NCBI GenBank assembly: GCA_965205675.1
Contig: OZ242186.1
Location: 640,001 to 704,000 of the forward strand
DNA: 64,000 bases
Direction: 5' to 3'
Source of the DNA: Nitrosopumilus sp.
GTDB lineage: Archaea; Thermoproteota; Nitrososphaeria; Nitrososphaerales; Nitrosopumilaceae
The position numbers were made by a program, and so were the translations under genes. The number at the start of each line of letters is the position of its first letter. The stretch's first letter is position 1. The notes under the pieces were generated by a model, which had not been told where the DNA came from, did no database searches, and saw nothing but the letters and a program-made list of their open reading frames with translations. This document shows, piece after piece, positions 9,790 to 20,253 of the stretch.

Positions 9790-10036
9790 ATTCTTCTGAT
9801 TTTGTTTTATTTTTTACAGCCCATTCTTCATACATTTTGATTAATTCATCTACATCCTTACCTTCTTCAGAATATGTTACAATGACTCCAAATGTTCCTT
9901 TTTTATCATGGCCTCTAGCAAAATATCCCCAAAATGAATCCGGCAACTTTGCAAAGCTATTAGAATCATGTGAGACTCCGATTAGATTATTTCCAACCAC
10001 TTCAACAACTTTTTTTGCATCATCTTGTTCTATCAT
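9782..10036 (-). CDS. Hypothetical protein
   Basis: 84-aa ORF co-oriented with the aspS cluster. Confidence 0.65.
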   Translation of the reverse strand: MIEQDDAKKVVEVVGNNLIGVSHDSNSFAKLPDSFWGYFARGHDKKGTFGVIVTYSEEGKDVDELIKMYEEWAVKNKTKSEESI

Positions 10037-10082
10037 GCCATGTCATATCTTTAATGAAATAAAAACATGAATTTTACACAAA

Positions 10083-10316
10083 TCAATTAACGCCTTTTCT
10101 TCTACGTAGTTTTTCGCCTGTTAATGTAACAGTGTCTTTAAAATCTGTAATTTCTTTATTCATTTCATCTTTTTCTTCTTTTGTTAGTTCGCGAACAATC
10201 ACATCTATTCCATCTGCAAAATTTTCACATTTCTTACATAACCATAATGGAGCTTTATCTTTTTGTTGGACTATGGGATATCTTCTTTGATTGCATTGTT
10301 TACAAAATAATGTCAT
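10083..10316 (-). CDS. Zinc-ribbon protein
   Basis: CKQC...WLCKKC. Confidence 0.7.
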   Translation of the reverse strand: MTLFCKQCNQRRYPIVQQKDKAPLWLCKKCENFADGIDVIVRELTKEEKDEMNKEITDFKDTVTLTGEKLRRRKGVN

Positions 10317-10332
10317 AATCTATCATGTTTCC

Positions 10333-11619
10333 TTATGGACTAAGCCTGTCTGGATCTCGTGGATACAACACTACTTCACGAACATTCTCTATTCCAATTA
10401 ATGTGGTCATCAATCTATCTAATCCCATACCCCATCCTGAATGTGGTGGCATACCCCAGTCAAATGTTTTAATGTGATCTTCAAATTGTGTAGGATCTAA
10501 TCCTTGTTCTCTCAGCCTATTTTTAATCATCTCTGGACTGTGTAGTCTGGTTCCTCCTGAAGATAGTTCTAAGAATCCATATTGCAAGTCAAATGAGCGT
10601 GAAAGTGTGGCATCCTCATCTTTTTCTCTAATGTAAAATGGTTTTAACTTCATTGGCCAATCAATTAAAAAGAAAAACCCTGGGTGATTCTTACCAATGA
10701 TTCTGAGATGTGAATCAAGTAAATCATCTCCAAATTCTATCTTTTCCCCTTTCTTTTTTAACTCTTCAACACACTGAGTGTATGTTATTCTTTCAAATGG
10801 TGCTGTAGGTACTTTTATAGTATGTTCAATTGCTTCTTGTTCTGTTTTACAATTCTCTGAAATATCTTTGTACACTGATAACACTAATGATTCTAAAACG
10901 TTCATAACATCTTCATAATCCATGAATGCTGCTTCGATATCTATACTGGTAAATTCAGTTAGGTGTCTTCCTGTATGAGAATTTTCTGCTCTGTAAAAGT
11001 TTGAAATTTCAAATACTCTTTCTAAACCCATAGTCATTTGTTCTTTGTATAATTGTGGGCTTTGAGCAAGATATGCGGTTTTTCCAAAATATTCTAATGA
11101 AAATAAATCTGCACCTCCTTCACTTGCACTACCAATTATCTTTGGTGTTGTAATTTCTATGAATTTTTTATCTGTTAGAGTCTTTCTTAATGATTGCAAT
11201 ACATGATGACGTACTTTGAAAATAGAAGCTGTTTTTTGATTTCTCATATCTAATGCACGATGATTTAATCTCGTGTCGATATTACTTTCAAGTCTGCCTA
11301 TTGGGTCTACTGGTAGTGGGTGAATTGCTTTTCCTAACACTTCTATTTCCTCTGCTTTAATTTCAAATGCAAAGTCACGTGCTTTAGTTTCTTGTACAAT
11401 TCCTTTGATACTTACAACACTCTGACGATTAATTTCTCCAAGATTATCATTTAATTCTCCTTTAACTATTACCTGTGATATTCCTGAAACATCTCGGAGT
11501 GTGATAAAAGACATCTTTCCTAATTTTCTAAGATCTTCAATCCATCCTCCCAAGACAACTTGTTTTCCAATTAATTCTTGATTTAACTCTGAAATATCAT
11601 GAGTCTTTACAAAAACCAT
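10333..11619 (-). CDS. aspS: Aspartyl-tRNA synthetase (archaeal type)
   Basis: OB-fold N-terminus, YLAQSPQLYK, RAENSHT.RHL.EF, PPHSGWGMGLDR, YPRD. Confidence 0.95.
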   Translation of the reverse strand: MVFVKTHDISELNQELIGKQVVLGGWIEDLRKLGKMSFITLRDVSGISQVIVKGELNDNLGEINRQSVVSIKGIVQETKARDFAFEIKAEEIEVLGKAIHPLPVDPIGRLESNIDTRLNHRALDMRNQKTASIFKVRHHVLQSLRKTLTDKKFIEITTPKIIGSASEGGADLFSLEYFGKTAYLAQSPQLYKEQMTMGLERVFEISNFYRAENSHTGRHLTEFTSIDIEAAFMDYEDVMNVLESLVLSVYKDISENCKTEQEAIEHTIKVPTAPFERITYTQCVEELKKKGEKIEFGDDLLDSHLRIIGKNHPGFFFLIDWPMKLKPFYIREKDEDATLSRSFDLQYGFLELSSGGTRLHSPEMIKNRLREQGLDPTQFEDHIKTFDWGMPPHSGWGMGLDRLMTTLIGIENVREVVLYPRDPDRLSP

Positions 11620-11622
11620 ATC

Positions 11623-12135
11623 TTATCTTTTATCCTCAAATTCTATCTCAATGTCAAGGTTTCGGGCATCTTTGACTATTTGAACTACTTTTTCAGTATC
11701 TATTGGAAATTTACGTGTCCATTTTCCTAAGACTATTGCTTTTGTCTTCTGAACTCCTCCCGGAGCCCAAACTGCATTAATTGACAGGATTTTTGTTGGG
11801 AAAAACAAATCTTCAATAAATCGTTTATCTGTCTCATCTGCTTCAACAAGCCAAATTTTCCCCTTAAATTGATCTTGTAATGTTCGATATAATGTGCGGC
11901 TTTGCCTGATTACCATGATATTGTTTTTTGCAAGAGACAATATGAAATTCCCATCAAATTCTTTGCAGGAATATAGTGTAAAATTTGCAATTTCTTTATT
12001 TAATTTTGCAATTTTTGCAAGATTAATTGATGCCTCTGCATCGGCTTTAGTTAATTCCCCTGATTCGATTTTCTTTTCACACTGGGGACATAGAACCGAA
12101 TTTTTTGCATCAAAGCCACATATTGGTAATTTCAT
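11623..12135 (-). CDS. Archaeal NusA-like protein with N-terminal Zn motif
   Basis: MKLPIC..D.K...LCPQC N-terminus characteristic of this family; lies next to aspS. Confidence 0.7.
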   Translation of the reverse strand: MKLPICGFDAKNSVLCPQCEKKIESGELTKADAEASINLAKIAKLNKEIANFTLYSCKEFDGNFILSLAKNNIMVIRQSRTLYRTLQDQFKGKIWLVEADETDKRFIEDLFFPTKILSINAVWAPGGVQKTKAIVLGKWTRKFPIDTEKVVQIVKDARNLDIEIEFEDKR

Positions 12136-12216
12136 TTAAATCGACTTTTTCATTCTGATAATGTTGTTTATATCCCTTGGTGCAAAATAATATTCTAGTT
12201 TGGATCTAAAAGAACA

Positions 12217-13155
12217 ATGACATTTCTAAAAGTTGGTGGATTATCATCAAAATATTTGTCTTCGAAAGGATCAGTTTATGCTGTTGATGATGTTGATTTT
12301 GAATTAAATGATGGTGAATCCATTGGGATTGCCGGTGAGAGTGCATGCGGCAAAAGTACCTTGGGGCTATCTTTAATCCGAATGCTTTCTGGTGGTGTCT
12401 CTGAAGGAAATATCATACTTGATGATATTTCTATTTTAGATGTTGATGAGTCAAAATTTGATGATGAGTTTAGATGGAAAAAAATCTCCATGATCTTTCA
12501 GGGTGCTATGAATTCTCTGGATCCTGTTTTTACAATTAATGAACAATTTGTAGAAATTTTAAAACAACATAGTTTTGTTGGTGATTCAAAAAAATTGATC
12601 TTAAATGCTATGAATTCTGTTAATCTTGATGAAACCGTATTGAAAAAATATCCTCATGAACTTAGCGGTGGTATGAAACAAAGAATAATTATTGCAATGG
12701 CACTATTACTTAAACCAAAATTTGTAATTGCAGATGAACCTACTACTGCACTAGATGTCTTAATTCAAGCACAAATTATCAACTTGCTGAAATCTTTGAA
12801 AAAAGATGGCATGTCATTTATGTTAATTACGCATGATTTGGCTATCTTGTCTGAAATTTCTGATAAAATTGGAATAATGTATGGTGGACATATGATAGAG
12901 TTTGGTTCTTCTAAACAAATTTACAAAAACCCAAAACACCCTTACACTCAAGGTCTCTTAAAATCTATTCCTACTTTGAAAGGAGGAATCCCCAAATACA
13001 TCAAAGGTGTGCCTCCTAGCTTACTTGATGCTTCCACACAATGTAGATTCATTGAACGTTGTCCTTTGGCCATAGAGAAATGCAAAACACTTCCTCCTAA
13101 ATTTAAAACTAGTACTGGATATGTTAGATGTTGGTTATATGAAGATGAAAAATAA
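12217..13155 (+). CDS. Oligopeptide/dipeptide ABC transporter ATP-binding subunit (DppD/OppD-like)
   Basis: GESACGKS, YPHELSGGMKQR, ADEPTTALD, HPYT and C-terminal Cys cluster. Confidence 0.92.
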   Translation: MTFLKVGGLSSKYLSSKGSVYAVDDVDFELNDGESIGIAGESACGKSTLGLSLIRMLSGGVSEGNIILDDISILDVDESKFDDEFRWKKISMIFQGAMNSLDPVFTINEQFVEILKQHSFVGDSKKLILNAMNSVNLDETVLKKYPHELSGGMKQRIIIAMALLLKPKFVIADEPTTALDVLIQAQIINLLKSLKKDGMSFMLITHDLAILSEISDKIGIMYGGHMIEFGSSKQIYKNPKHPYTQGLLKSIPTLKGGIPKYIKGVPPSLLDASTQCRFIERCPLAIEKCKTLPPKFKTSTGYVRCWLYEDEK

Positions 13156-13157
13156 TT

Positions 13158-13451
13158 TTATTTTTTATTGAGAAATTCTTTATCCATTTTTTTCAGATAT
13201 ATTTCTTGTAATTGTGCAATTTCACGACCTGTTGTATTTCTACTAATCATTTTTGCATATTGAATCAATTCTTGATTTTTCTGAGTTTTTCTAAATGCTT
13301 CTATTTTTCTAAATGATTCTCGTTCAAATTCCATTATGTCTCTTAATTCTTTACTGATTTCCTCAACGTTCATTTTTTTATAATTTTTTGATTCAGATTT
13401 TCTAAAACTAATTTCATCAATTAATTTTTTAATTTCATCTGGTTCTTGCAT
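13158..13451 (-). CDS. Hypothetical protein
   Basis: 97-aa charged helical ORF. Confidence 0.6.
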   Translation of the reverse strand: MQEPDEIKKLIDEISFRKSESKNYKKMNVEEISKELRDIMEFERESFRKIEAFRKTQKNQELIQYAKMISRNTTGREIAQLQEIYLKKMDKEFLNKK

Positions 13452-13576
13452 CTTTTAATTAAAATTCTTCAAATATGTTAATTTTGCATTTCTTTTTTAT
13501 GTTCTAGTATGTGTTTTAATCCGTCTGTCATACTAAGAGAATCTAAATCTATCTCACAATATAGGCATTTCATGTG

Positions 13577-13951
13577 TTAAGAGTATTTTTTTACAACTGG
13601 CAAACATGAATCAATAATTCTCAACATCTCTGATCTAATCACTTTTTTATCTATTGATATCCACACTCTTGATTTTTTTATTGCAAATGATATGGTCTGA
13701 ACTTTCTTCCTTTCTTCCCATACAAATTCAATCCCGCCTAAATTTTTGTCAAAAAATCCCTCCAAATCTGTCTTTATTGCAATATGTGAGAATTGATACT
13801 GTGTATTTTTCTCATTTAGTAATGGAACTAGGTCTGATCTTCTTTTGTATGCTAACAAGTTTCCACTTTCTCCAATCACGCCTACGAATCTGATAAATGG
13901 ACTAATTGTTGCAATTGTATCGCAAATACTTTCAAAATCTTTCTTTGACAT
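13577..13951 (-). CDS. Roadblock/PAS-like small sensor protein of the thaumarchaeal type
   Basis: IRFVGVI...G.L...R....PLL...LG.IEF....RKKV..ISF pattern. Confidence 0.6.
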   Translation of the reverse strand: MSKKDFESICDTIATISPFIRFVGVIGESGNLLAYKRRSDLVPLLNEKNTQYQFSHIAIKTDLEGFFDKNLGGIEFVWEERKKVQTISFAIKKSRVWISIDKKVIRSEMLRIIDSCLPVVKKYS

Positions 13952-14390
13952 TTGATAGAGTTCTGTAGATATGATATTTTAATGCATAGTACGTTATTTC
14001 TCACGCATAACTATCTAAATTTCTCAAATCTAGAGTGATTCCCATCGTATTGTGTCATAATACTAGGACTATTTTAGAACCATAAATGGTATGCAAACTC
14101 GATCGTAGCAAGCCTACAAGTTGAATCTAAAAAAAATCCTAGAATCGTCATGAAGACAATTAGTTCTAAAGAAATATCTGGAATGAATTTAGAAATGAAG
14201 AGTTTTATGGAAATGAAATTATATAAAGCAAATACTCCATCAAATTTTTTATAAATATCTAATTCTTGAAAGAAGTTTGAGAAAATTCTTTCAGTATTTT
14301 CTTATATCAAATTCATCTGTAGAGTATGGTTCTAACGATGCATGAACTCCCCTAGATTTAATTAAATACCGCCTGAGAACAATCTGATTT

Positions 14391-15026
14391 GTGGATTTTA
14401 TTGACATATTTCCATTTGCCCCCGATGTCGGCTATCCTCTTTTGGCTTTGGTCAATTTCTTTGGGTCTTTGGTACCTTTTGTACCCTTGCCTGGTTTCTT
14501 ACTTCTCGCTACAATGTCTGTGGGAAATCAATATGACTTGCATATCTTAGCATTAATTTCTGCTGTAACTGCAACTGTTGCAAAACAAATTATTTTCTAT
14601 GTTAGTTATGGCGGTCGAAGAATAATTAATGAAAAAACTCGAAAAAGAATGCGTCCATTTGAGAGATTAATTAAAAGATATGGTGCAGGAGCTGCTTTCT
14701 TTGCTGCTGCAACCCCGATTCCTGATGATCTAGTGTATGTTCCATTAGGCCTGGCAAAATATAATCCCAAGAGATTTTTTATTGCAACTTTAACTGGAAA
14801 AATTGTTCTTAGTTATTCTATTGTGTTTATTTCACATCATTTGGGATTCTCTTTGGTTGAACCTTTCCTTGAAAATGTTGATGATGCCACTCCAATATAC
14901 CTTGGAATCATTATTTTTGGTGTAATGATGACTGCTGTTATTGTATTGTTGTTGAGATTAGACTGGGCAAGAATTCTTGGAAAATTTGCACCATGGACTT
15001 TGGATGAGAATAATAAAGAAGATTAA
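14391..15026 (+). CDS. DedA/VTT (SNARE-associated) membrane protein
   Basis: PFVPLP, ATPIPDD...PLGL..Y...RFF....GK motifs; hydrophobic segments. Confidence 0.85.
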   Translation: MDFIDIFPFAPDVGYPLLALVNFFGSLVPFVPLPGFLLLATMSVGNQYDLHILALISAVTATVAKQIIFYVSYGGRRIINEKTRKRMRPFERLIKRYGAGAAFFAAATPIPDDLVYVPLGLAKYNPKRFFIATLTGKIVLSYSIVFISHHLGFSLVEPFLENVDDATPIYLGIIIFGVMMTAVIVLLLRLDWARILGKFAPWTLDENNKED

Positions 15027-15580
15027 ATTTCTATTTTAAAATTCCACAATCTATCTGTCGCTTTTGTAATTCCTATCCTTGGTGATGCAATAATTTTATC
15101 TGGTTTTATTCCTTTTGTGATGTATAATTTTGATTTTTTTGTTAAATCTACACCATAGTGATCTTTTGTAATCTCTAATGCCTGAGCTAATTTTGCAGGT
15201 CCATCAGTAAGATTTTTTAAATTTTCAATTCCTCTGTTTTTTTGCATAATCTTAATTCCTTTTACAGGTTTGATTCCACGAATGAGCACTGCTCCTGCAG
15301 CTACCTTTGGATCTTTTGCAACTATGTTGAAACAAAAATACATTCCATATGTAAAATAGACATATGCAAATCCCACTTTGCTGAACATTGCCTTGTTTCT
15401 GTCTGTGATTTTTCTTGCTGCGTGACTTGCAGGATCATCGCTGTGTCCATAAGCTTCAGTTTCTGTAATTATTCCTGTCATTTCTTGTCTTCCTATTTTT
15501 CTAACTATTGTTTTTCCAAGGAGATTCTTTGCTACTGTAACTGTATTTTTTAAATAAAATTTTCTAGCAAGTATAGTCAA
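15023..15580 (-). CDS. mpg: DNA-3-methyladenine glycosylase
   Basis: ETEAY...DPASHA, YVYFTYGMY.C.N, GAVLIRG, GPAKL, RIGI. Confidence 0.92.
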   Translation of the reverse strand: MTILARKFYLKNTVTVAKNLLGKTIVRKIGRQEMTGIITETEAYGHSDDPASHAARKITDRNKAMFSKVGFAYVYFTYGMYFCFNIVAKDPKVAAGAVLIRGIKPVKGIKIMQKNRGIENLKNLTDGPAKLAQALEITKDHYGVDLTKKSKLYITKGIKPDKIIASPRIGITKATDRLWNFKIEI

Positions 15581-16157
15581 TATCTACTTTTATGGTATTG
15601 TCGTTTTTTAACTCTGTGATCACATCAAATAATTTTATAATGTCATCTCTTAACACTTTGATTAATTCTTGATTATAAATTGTGGCAGCTGGATGAACTG
15701 TCAAAAAATATAATTGATTATCTTTACGAACTATTTTACCTCTGAATTTTGTTATCTCTGATCCCCCTAACAATGAATTGAATGCTGTATTTCCTAATAT
15801 GCAAATTATTTTTGGTTTGATGATTGCAATTTCTTGTTTAAGATACTCTTGACATGTGTTTCTTTCCATTGTAGTTGGAACTCTATTTTTTGGCGGTCTG
15901 CATTTCACAATATTTGTAATGTATACTTTTTCTCTTGAGACTCCTGCATCTTCTAAAGCTGCTGATAATTTTTTTCCTGCAATTCCTATGAATGGCTCTC
16001 CTTTTTCGTCTTCATTTTTACCTGGAGCTTCTCCTACAAAGATCACGTCTGAATGAAAATTTCCTTTGCCTGGAACTGAATTAGTTCTAGTTTTACACAA
16101 TTCACATTTTGTACACTCTATTACACTTCTCTTGATGATTTCTAATTTTTGACTCAT
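15564..16157 (-). CDS. udg: Uracil-DNA glycosylase family 4
   Basis: CTKC 4Fe-4S ligands, GEAPG, NIVKCRPP.NR, HPAA. Confidence 0.92.
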   Translation of the reverse strand: MSQKLEIIKRSVIECTKCELCKTRTNSVPGKGNFHSDVIFVGEAPGKNEDEKGEPFIGIAGKKLSAALEDAGVSREKVYITNIVKCRPPKNRVPTTMERNTCQEYLKQEIAIIKPKIICILGNTAFNSLLGGSEITKFRGKIVRKDNQLYFLTVHPAATIYNQELIKVLRDDIIKLFDVITELKNDNTIKVDIDYTC

Positions 16158-16249
16158 TTCTTAATTCACACTTTTTATTGTTGTAATTCCTCTCGTTATA
16201 GGTTCATTCATTACCGTTTTCAATCTTTTGTGTATATTGACAAGATATG

Positions 16250-16582
16250 GTCTATTTTTCTTTTTTTGATATGTTTGAACAAAATTCAATTTTATTTTTT
16301 TTGATTATATATAGTATTTTTAATTGATTTGTAAATCACATCTTTAATTTGTTCATGTTATTGTGGCTTAGGTATTGAAGAAAAATTACATGTGTTGTCT
16401 TTAATTATTCTAATTCCAATTTTGCTGTCTTGGTTTGTATTGATAAATTTTGTTGCGTTATTTTCTAAAACAATTGATTCCTATTCTTAGTGTTCTGCCC
16501 TCGTATTCCAATATTAAATTCCTAGACTTTTTGCATAATAGATTGCTTTATCTGCAAAATCTTGCAAATCTGTATTCTGCAA
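16250..16582 (-). pseudogene. TldD/PmbA-family N-terminal relic
   Basis: Manual translation LQNTDLQDFADKAIYYAKSLGI*YWNTRAEH*E*ESIVLENN...KIGIRIIKDNTCNFFSIPKPQ*; several in-frame stops; far shorter than a full TldD. Confidence 0.6.
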
Positions 16583-16622
16583 ACATAACCTAGTTCCACA
16601 TTACTGCAAAATCTTTTATTCT

Positions 16623-16763
16623 CTAATGGTTTGAAATTGCAGGCATGGTAAAGTAGTATTCATCCTCAAAATCATAATCAGTGGCACCTTTTTTACGTAA
16701 AAATTCAAAATACTCTGTACAATTTTTGTAAAATTCATTGTTTTTGGCATGTAATTGTTCCAT
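16623..16763 (-). CDS. Small hypothetical protein (46 aa)
   Basis: MEQLHAKNNEFYKNCTEYFEFLRKKGATDYDFEDEYYFTMPAISNH; protein-like composition; below the track cutoff. Confidence 0.55.
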   Translation of the reverse strand: MEQLHAKNNEFYKNCTEYFEFLRKKGATDYDFEDEYYFTMPAISNH

Positions 16764-16923
16764 GTCTTAACTATGAAAATATCCATTTTGTTCAGTGTGT
16801 GAGTGTTTTTAGTTCTAAAAGTTTGTTTTCTTTAAGCAGTTTTTAATGACGTCTTAAACTCTCAAGATACTATCTTAAGAAAGCAATTTAGGACATAAAA
16901 TAATTAAAACATTGATCTGAAAA

Positions 16924-18744
16924 TTGTCAAAAATTGTAGCTGATACTAGTGTCATTATCAATGGCCAATTAGTTTCTCAAATAGAATCTGGCACTATTAG
17001 AGATTTTGAAATTATTATACCTCAAGCAGTTTTTGATGAATTACAATCTCAGGCATCAAAGAAAAAAGAACAAGGGTTTGTAGGTCTTGAGAAGATTCAA
17101 AAATTAAAATCTCTATCTGGAAGTTATGGTCTGAATATAGTTGCAAGTGGAAGTCATCCTACATCTGATGATGTAAAGCTAGCAAATAGTGGAAGAATTG
17201 ATTCTCTGATAGTTGATATGGCTAAACAAAATAATGCTGTTTTGTATACTTCTGATAATGTACAGTATCTGGTGGCTCAGGCTGCTGGCGTTGAAACCGT
17301 TTTTCTCAAGTCTGAATTCAAAAATGAATCTCTAGAATTTTTAAAATTTTTTGATTCTGACACCATGAGTATACATCTCAAAGAAAACCAATGTCCGTTA
17401 GCGAAGAAAGGTAAACCTGGTGAATTTGTACTGACAAAATTAAATGATGAACTCCTTACCAAAGACTACTTGGAGATAATTTCATCTCAAATTTTAGATC
17501 TTGTAAATATTCATGATTCGAGCACTCTGGAACTATCTAAGACTGGTGCATCTGTAATCCAACATGAAGATTATAGAATAGCTATCACCCATCCTCCTTT
17601 CTCTGAATCTTTTGAAATTACCATAGTACATCCAATTGTAAAATTATCCCTTGATGATTATGATATATCTGAAAAATTAATGAAACGCTTTGCTGATAGT
17701 GCTGAAGGCATTATCATTTCTGGCTCTCCTGGTTCTGGAAAAAGTACTCTTGCATCTGGCCTTGCAAATTTTTATCACAAGAAAGGAAAAATTGTGAAAA
17801 CATTTGAATCTCCACGTGACTTGCAAGTTGATTCTGGAGTAACTCAATACAGTAAACTTGATGGAAGTTTTGATAACTCTGCTGATATTTTGTTACTTGT
17901 AAGGCCTGATTATACTATTTTTGATGAAGTGCGACGACGTGAAGATTTTGTAACTTTTGCTGATCTGAGACTAACTGGTGTTGGAATGGTTGGAGTCGTA
18001 CATGCAAACTCTCCTCTAGATGCTATTCAGCGATTCATTGGCAAAATTGAACTAGGAATTATTCCAAACGTTCTGGATACTGTAGTTTTTGTAAAAGACG
18101 GTGGCATTGAAAAAGTATATGATCTGGAATTAAAGGTAAAAGTTCCTACTGGTATGACTGAATCTGATTTAGCTAGACCTGTTATAGAAATCAAAAATTT
18201 TGAAGATGGTGTTTTAGAACATGAAATTTACACTTTTGGTGAAGAAAATGTTATTGTTCCTATAGAAAAACGACCTGAAAAAATTGGAATTGAAAAACTA
18301 GCCGAAGATAAAATTAAAGAAACCTTTAGACAATATGATCCTCGTGCTGAGGTTGAAATTCTATCTGCTAATAAAGTCAAAGTTATGGTTGATGAACAAT
18401 ACATTGCATCCATCATAGGTAGAGGCGGCTCAAACATTAATGATATTGAAAAGTCACTTAAAATCCATATCGATATTGTTGAAAAGACTCTTGATGATGT
18501 ATCTTTTACCTCAAATGATCTATCTTTTAGTTTCTCAGAATTAAAAACTGCTTTACTTTTTACTGTGAATCGAGAATTTACTTCAATGTATGCCGATATC
18601 TATGCTAATGAAAAATTTGTTGCATCTGTTAGAATTGGTAAAAAAGGACAAATTAAAATTCCAAAACGTTCTGATATTGCAAGATCTTTGATGGATTTTA
18701 CATCTTCTCAAAATGATATCCAACTTTATCTTAAAGATTTTTAA
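16924..18744 (+). CDS. PIN-domain/KH-domain ATPase (PINA family)
   Basis: N-terminal PIN (DTSVII), GSPGSGKS Walker A, ESPRDL, RPDYTIFDEVR, KH motif IIGRGG. Confidence 0.9.
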   Translation: MSKIVADTSVIINGQLVSQIESGTIRDFEIIIPQAVFDELQSQASKKKEQGFVGLEKIQKLKSLSGSYGLNIVASGSHPTSDDVKLANSGRIDSLIVDMAKQNNAVLYTSDNVQYLVAQAAGVETVFLKSEFKNESLEFLKFFDSDTMSIHLKENQCPLAKKGKPGEFVLTKLNDELLTKDYLEIISSQILDLVNIHDSSTLELSKTGASVIQHEDYRIAITHPPFSESFEITIVHPIVKLSLDDYDISEKLMKRFADSAEGIIISGSPGSGKSTLASGLANFYHKKGKIVKTFESPRDLQVDSGVTQYSKLDGSFDNSADILLLVRPDYTIFDEVRRREDFVTFADLRLTGVGMVGVVHANSPLDAIQRFIGKIELGIIPNVLDTVVFVKDGGIEKVYDLELKVKVPTGMTESDLARPVIEIKNFEDGVLEHEIYTFGEENVIVPIEKRPEKIGIEKLAEDKIKETFRQYDPRAEVEILSANKVKVMVDEQYIASIIGRGGSNINDIEKSLKIHIDIVEKTLDDVSFTSNDLSFSFSELKTALLFTVNREFTSMYADIYANEKFVASVRIGKKGQIKIPKRSDIARSLMDFTSSQNDIQLYLKDF

Positions 18745-19195
18745 AATTATCAATAATTTTTGGATTTGCTTTTAGGAATGTAATAAATTTCCTTAACTGT
18801 TTGATTGTTTTTGGATTCAAATGATGTTCAATCCCTTCGGTATCTTGATTAGCAGTATCATATCCTACTCCTAGTATTTCAAAAAATTCTAATAATATTC
18901 CATGTTTTTGTCTTATCCCTTCTGCAATCTTTATTCCTTTATCTGTAAGATTAATTCCATGATACTTTTCATATTCTAAAAACCCATTTTCATCTAATCT
19001 TTGAAGCATTTTTGTAACACTTGGTGCACTTACATTCATGTATCTTGAAATATCCAACGTAGTTGCATATCCTTTTAATTCTACCAACTCTCCGATAATT
19101 TCTAAATAATCTTCCATTCGTGTACTTGAAGGTGTTCTTGTTGATTGATGTGCTGCTTTGATTGAATCTAGCCTTTTGGAATTTTTAGATTTCAT
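18731..19195 (-). CDS. DtxR/MntR metal-dependent repressor
   Basis: EDYLE.I, VSAPSVT.ML.RL, H..LE.F, EGIEHH. Confidence 0.9.
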   Translation of the reverse strand: MKSKNSKRLDSIKAAHQSTRTPSSTRMEDYLEIIGELVELKGYATTLDISRYMNVSAPSVTKMLQRLDENGFLEYEKYHGINLTDKGIKIAEGIRQKHGILLEFFEILGVGYDTANQDTEGIEHHLNPKTIKQLRKFITFLKANPKIIDNFKNL

Positions 19196-19329
19196 GTGGT
19201 CTTTGTATCTGCATAGAATCTAGTATAATTGAGTGTCTTTTGGGTTGATTTTGGTTATTCTTTGTTGACTTGGATGTTATGGGAGTTGATCTCTGTTTCT
19301 TAACTATTTTCTTTTAAATTAAGGTTGGA

Positions 19330-19680
19330 ATGGCTGATCCCCTAAAGGAACGTCTCGACAAATTGAGAAAATTCTCTGATTCTGCTAAACGTAGAGCAAA
19401 TTTGTATACTGAAGTTAGCAGTATTGATGATAAACATACTGCTAGGTCTTTAGGCGCTCTTCAAAAAGCACCTGCTCCTGGAAAAAAACTCCAAAAAATC
19501 GGATTCTTGATGTTATGGGTTCCAGAACCTACTGGTGTGACTTGTGCTATTGGAGGACCTATGATAGTTGCAGGACGTTATCTTGACAAAAAATACAATA
19601 GTTCTACTTTACATGATATTGGCCATCAGACAAAAAATAACATGTCTGCAATTAATGATTTTAAGAATTCTGTATTCTAA
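19330..19680 (+). CDS. Hypothetical protein
   Basis: 116-aa ORF with a hydrophobic hairpin (LMLWVPEPTGVTCAIGGPMIVAG). Confidence 0.6.
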   Translation: MADPLKERLDKLRKFSDSAKRRANLYTEVSSIDDKHTARSLGALQKAPAPGKKLQKIGFLMLWVPEPTGVTCAIGGPMIVAGRYLDKKYNSSTLHDIGHQTKNNMSAINDFKNSVF

Positions 19681-19720
19681 TCCCCCTTTAGTTTTTAAAA
19701 GGATTAAATCCAATTGATTT

Positions 19721-20212
19721 ATGACTACTCGTGCTCAAGCATTGATTCCAATTACTATTGCTGCAGTAATTATTGGTGTTATTGGCATGCTCACTCTTCC
19801 TAGTGATAGTAAATTAGAATCAGTTGAATTTCCTCGTGGCACTATTTTAGTCGATGATGTTGCCATTGAAGTACAAATTGCTGATTCTGAACCAAGACGT
19901 GTTCGAGGATTAATGTTCCAAGATCAACTTCCATATGATCAAGGTATGATCTTTTTATTTACAGAACCTGGATTGTATTCTTTGTGGATGCTTAACATGC
20001 AGTTTCCTTTAGATATGATGTGGTTTGATCAAGATGGAAATATTGTGCATATTGAGGAAAATGTTCCGCCGTGTAAGACTGCCCTAGAAATTACAACTTG
20101 CCAAAGTGTTGTACCTGATAGTAAAGCATCATATGTTCTTGAAGTAACTGCTGGATTTATTGAACAAAACAACATCACATATGATTCAAAATTAACTATT
20201 ATCTCAATTTGA
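19721..20212 (+). CDS. DUF192 family exported protein
   Basis: N-terminal TM, RGLMF, GMIF.F, WM.NM.FPLD, YVLEV.AG. Confidence 0.85.
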   Translation: MTTRAQALIPITIAAVIIGVIGMLTLPSDSKLESVEFPRGTILVDDVAIEVQIADSEPRRVRGLMFQDQLPYDQGMIFLFTEPGLYSLWMLNMQFPLDMMWFDQDGNIVHIEENVPPCKTALEITTCQSVVPDSKASYVLEVTAGFIEQNNITYDSKLTIISI

Positions 20213-20253
20213 TCATTGTAAAGCCTTATCTTTGAATACAAATTTTATGACTT

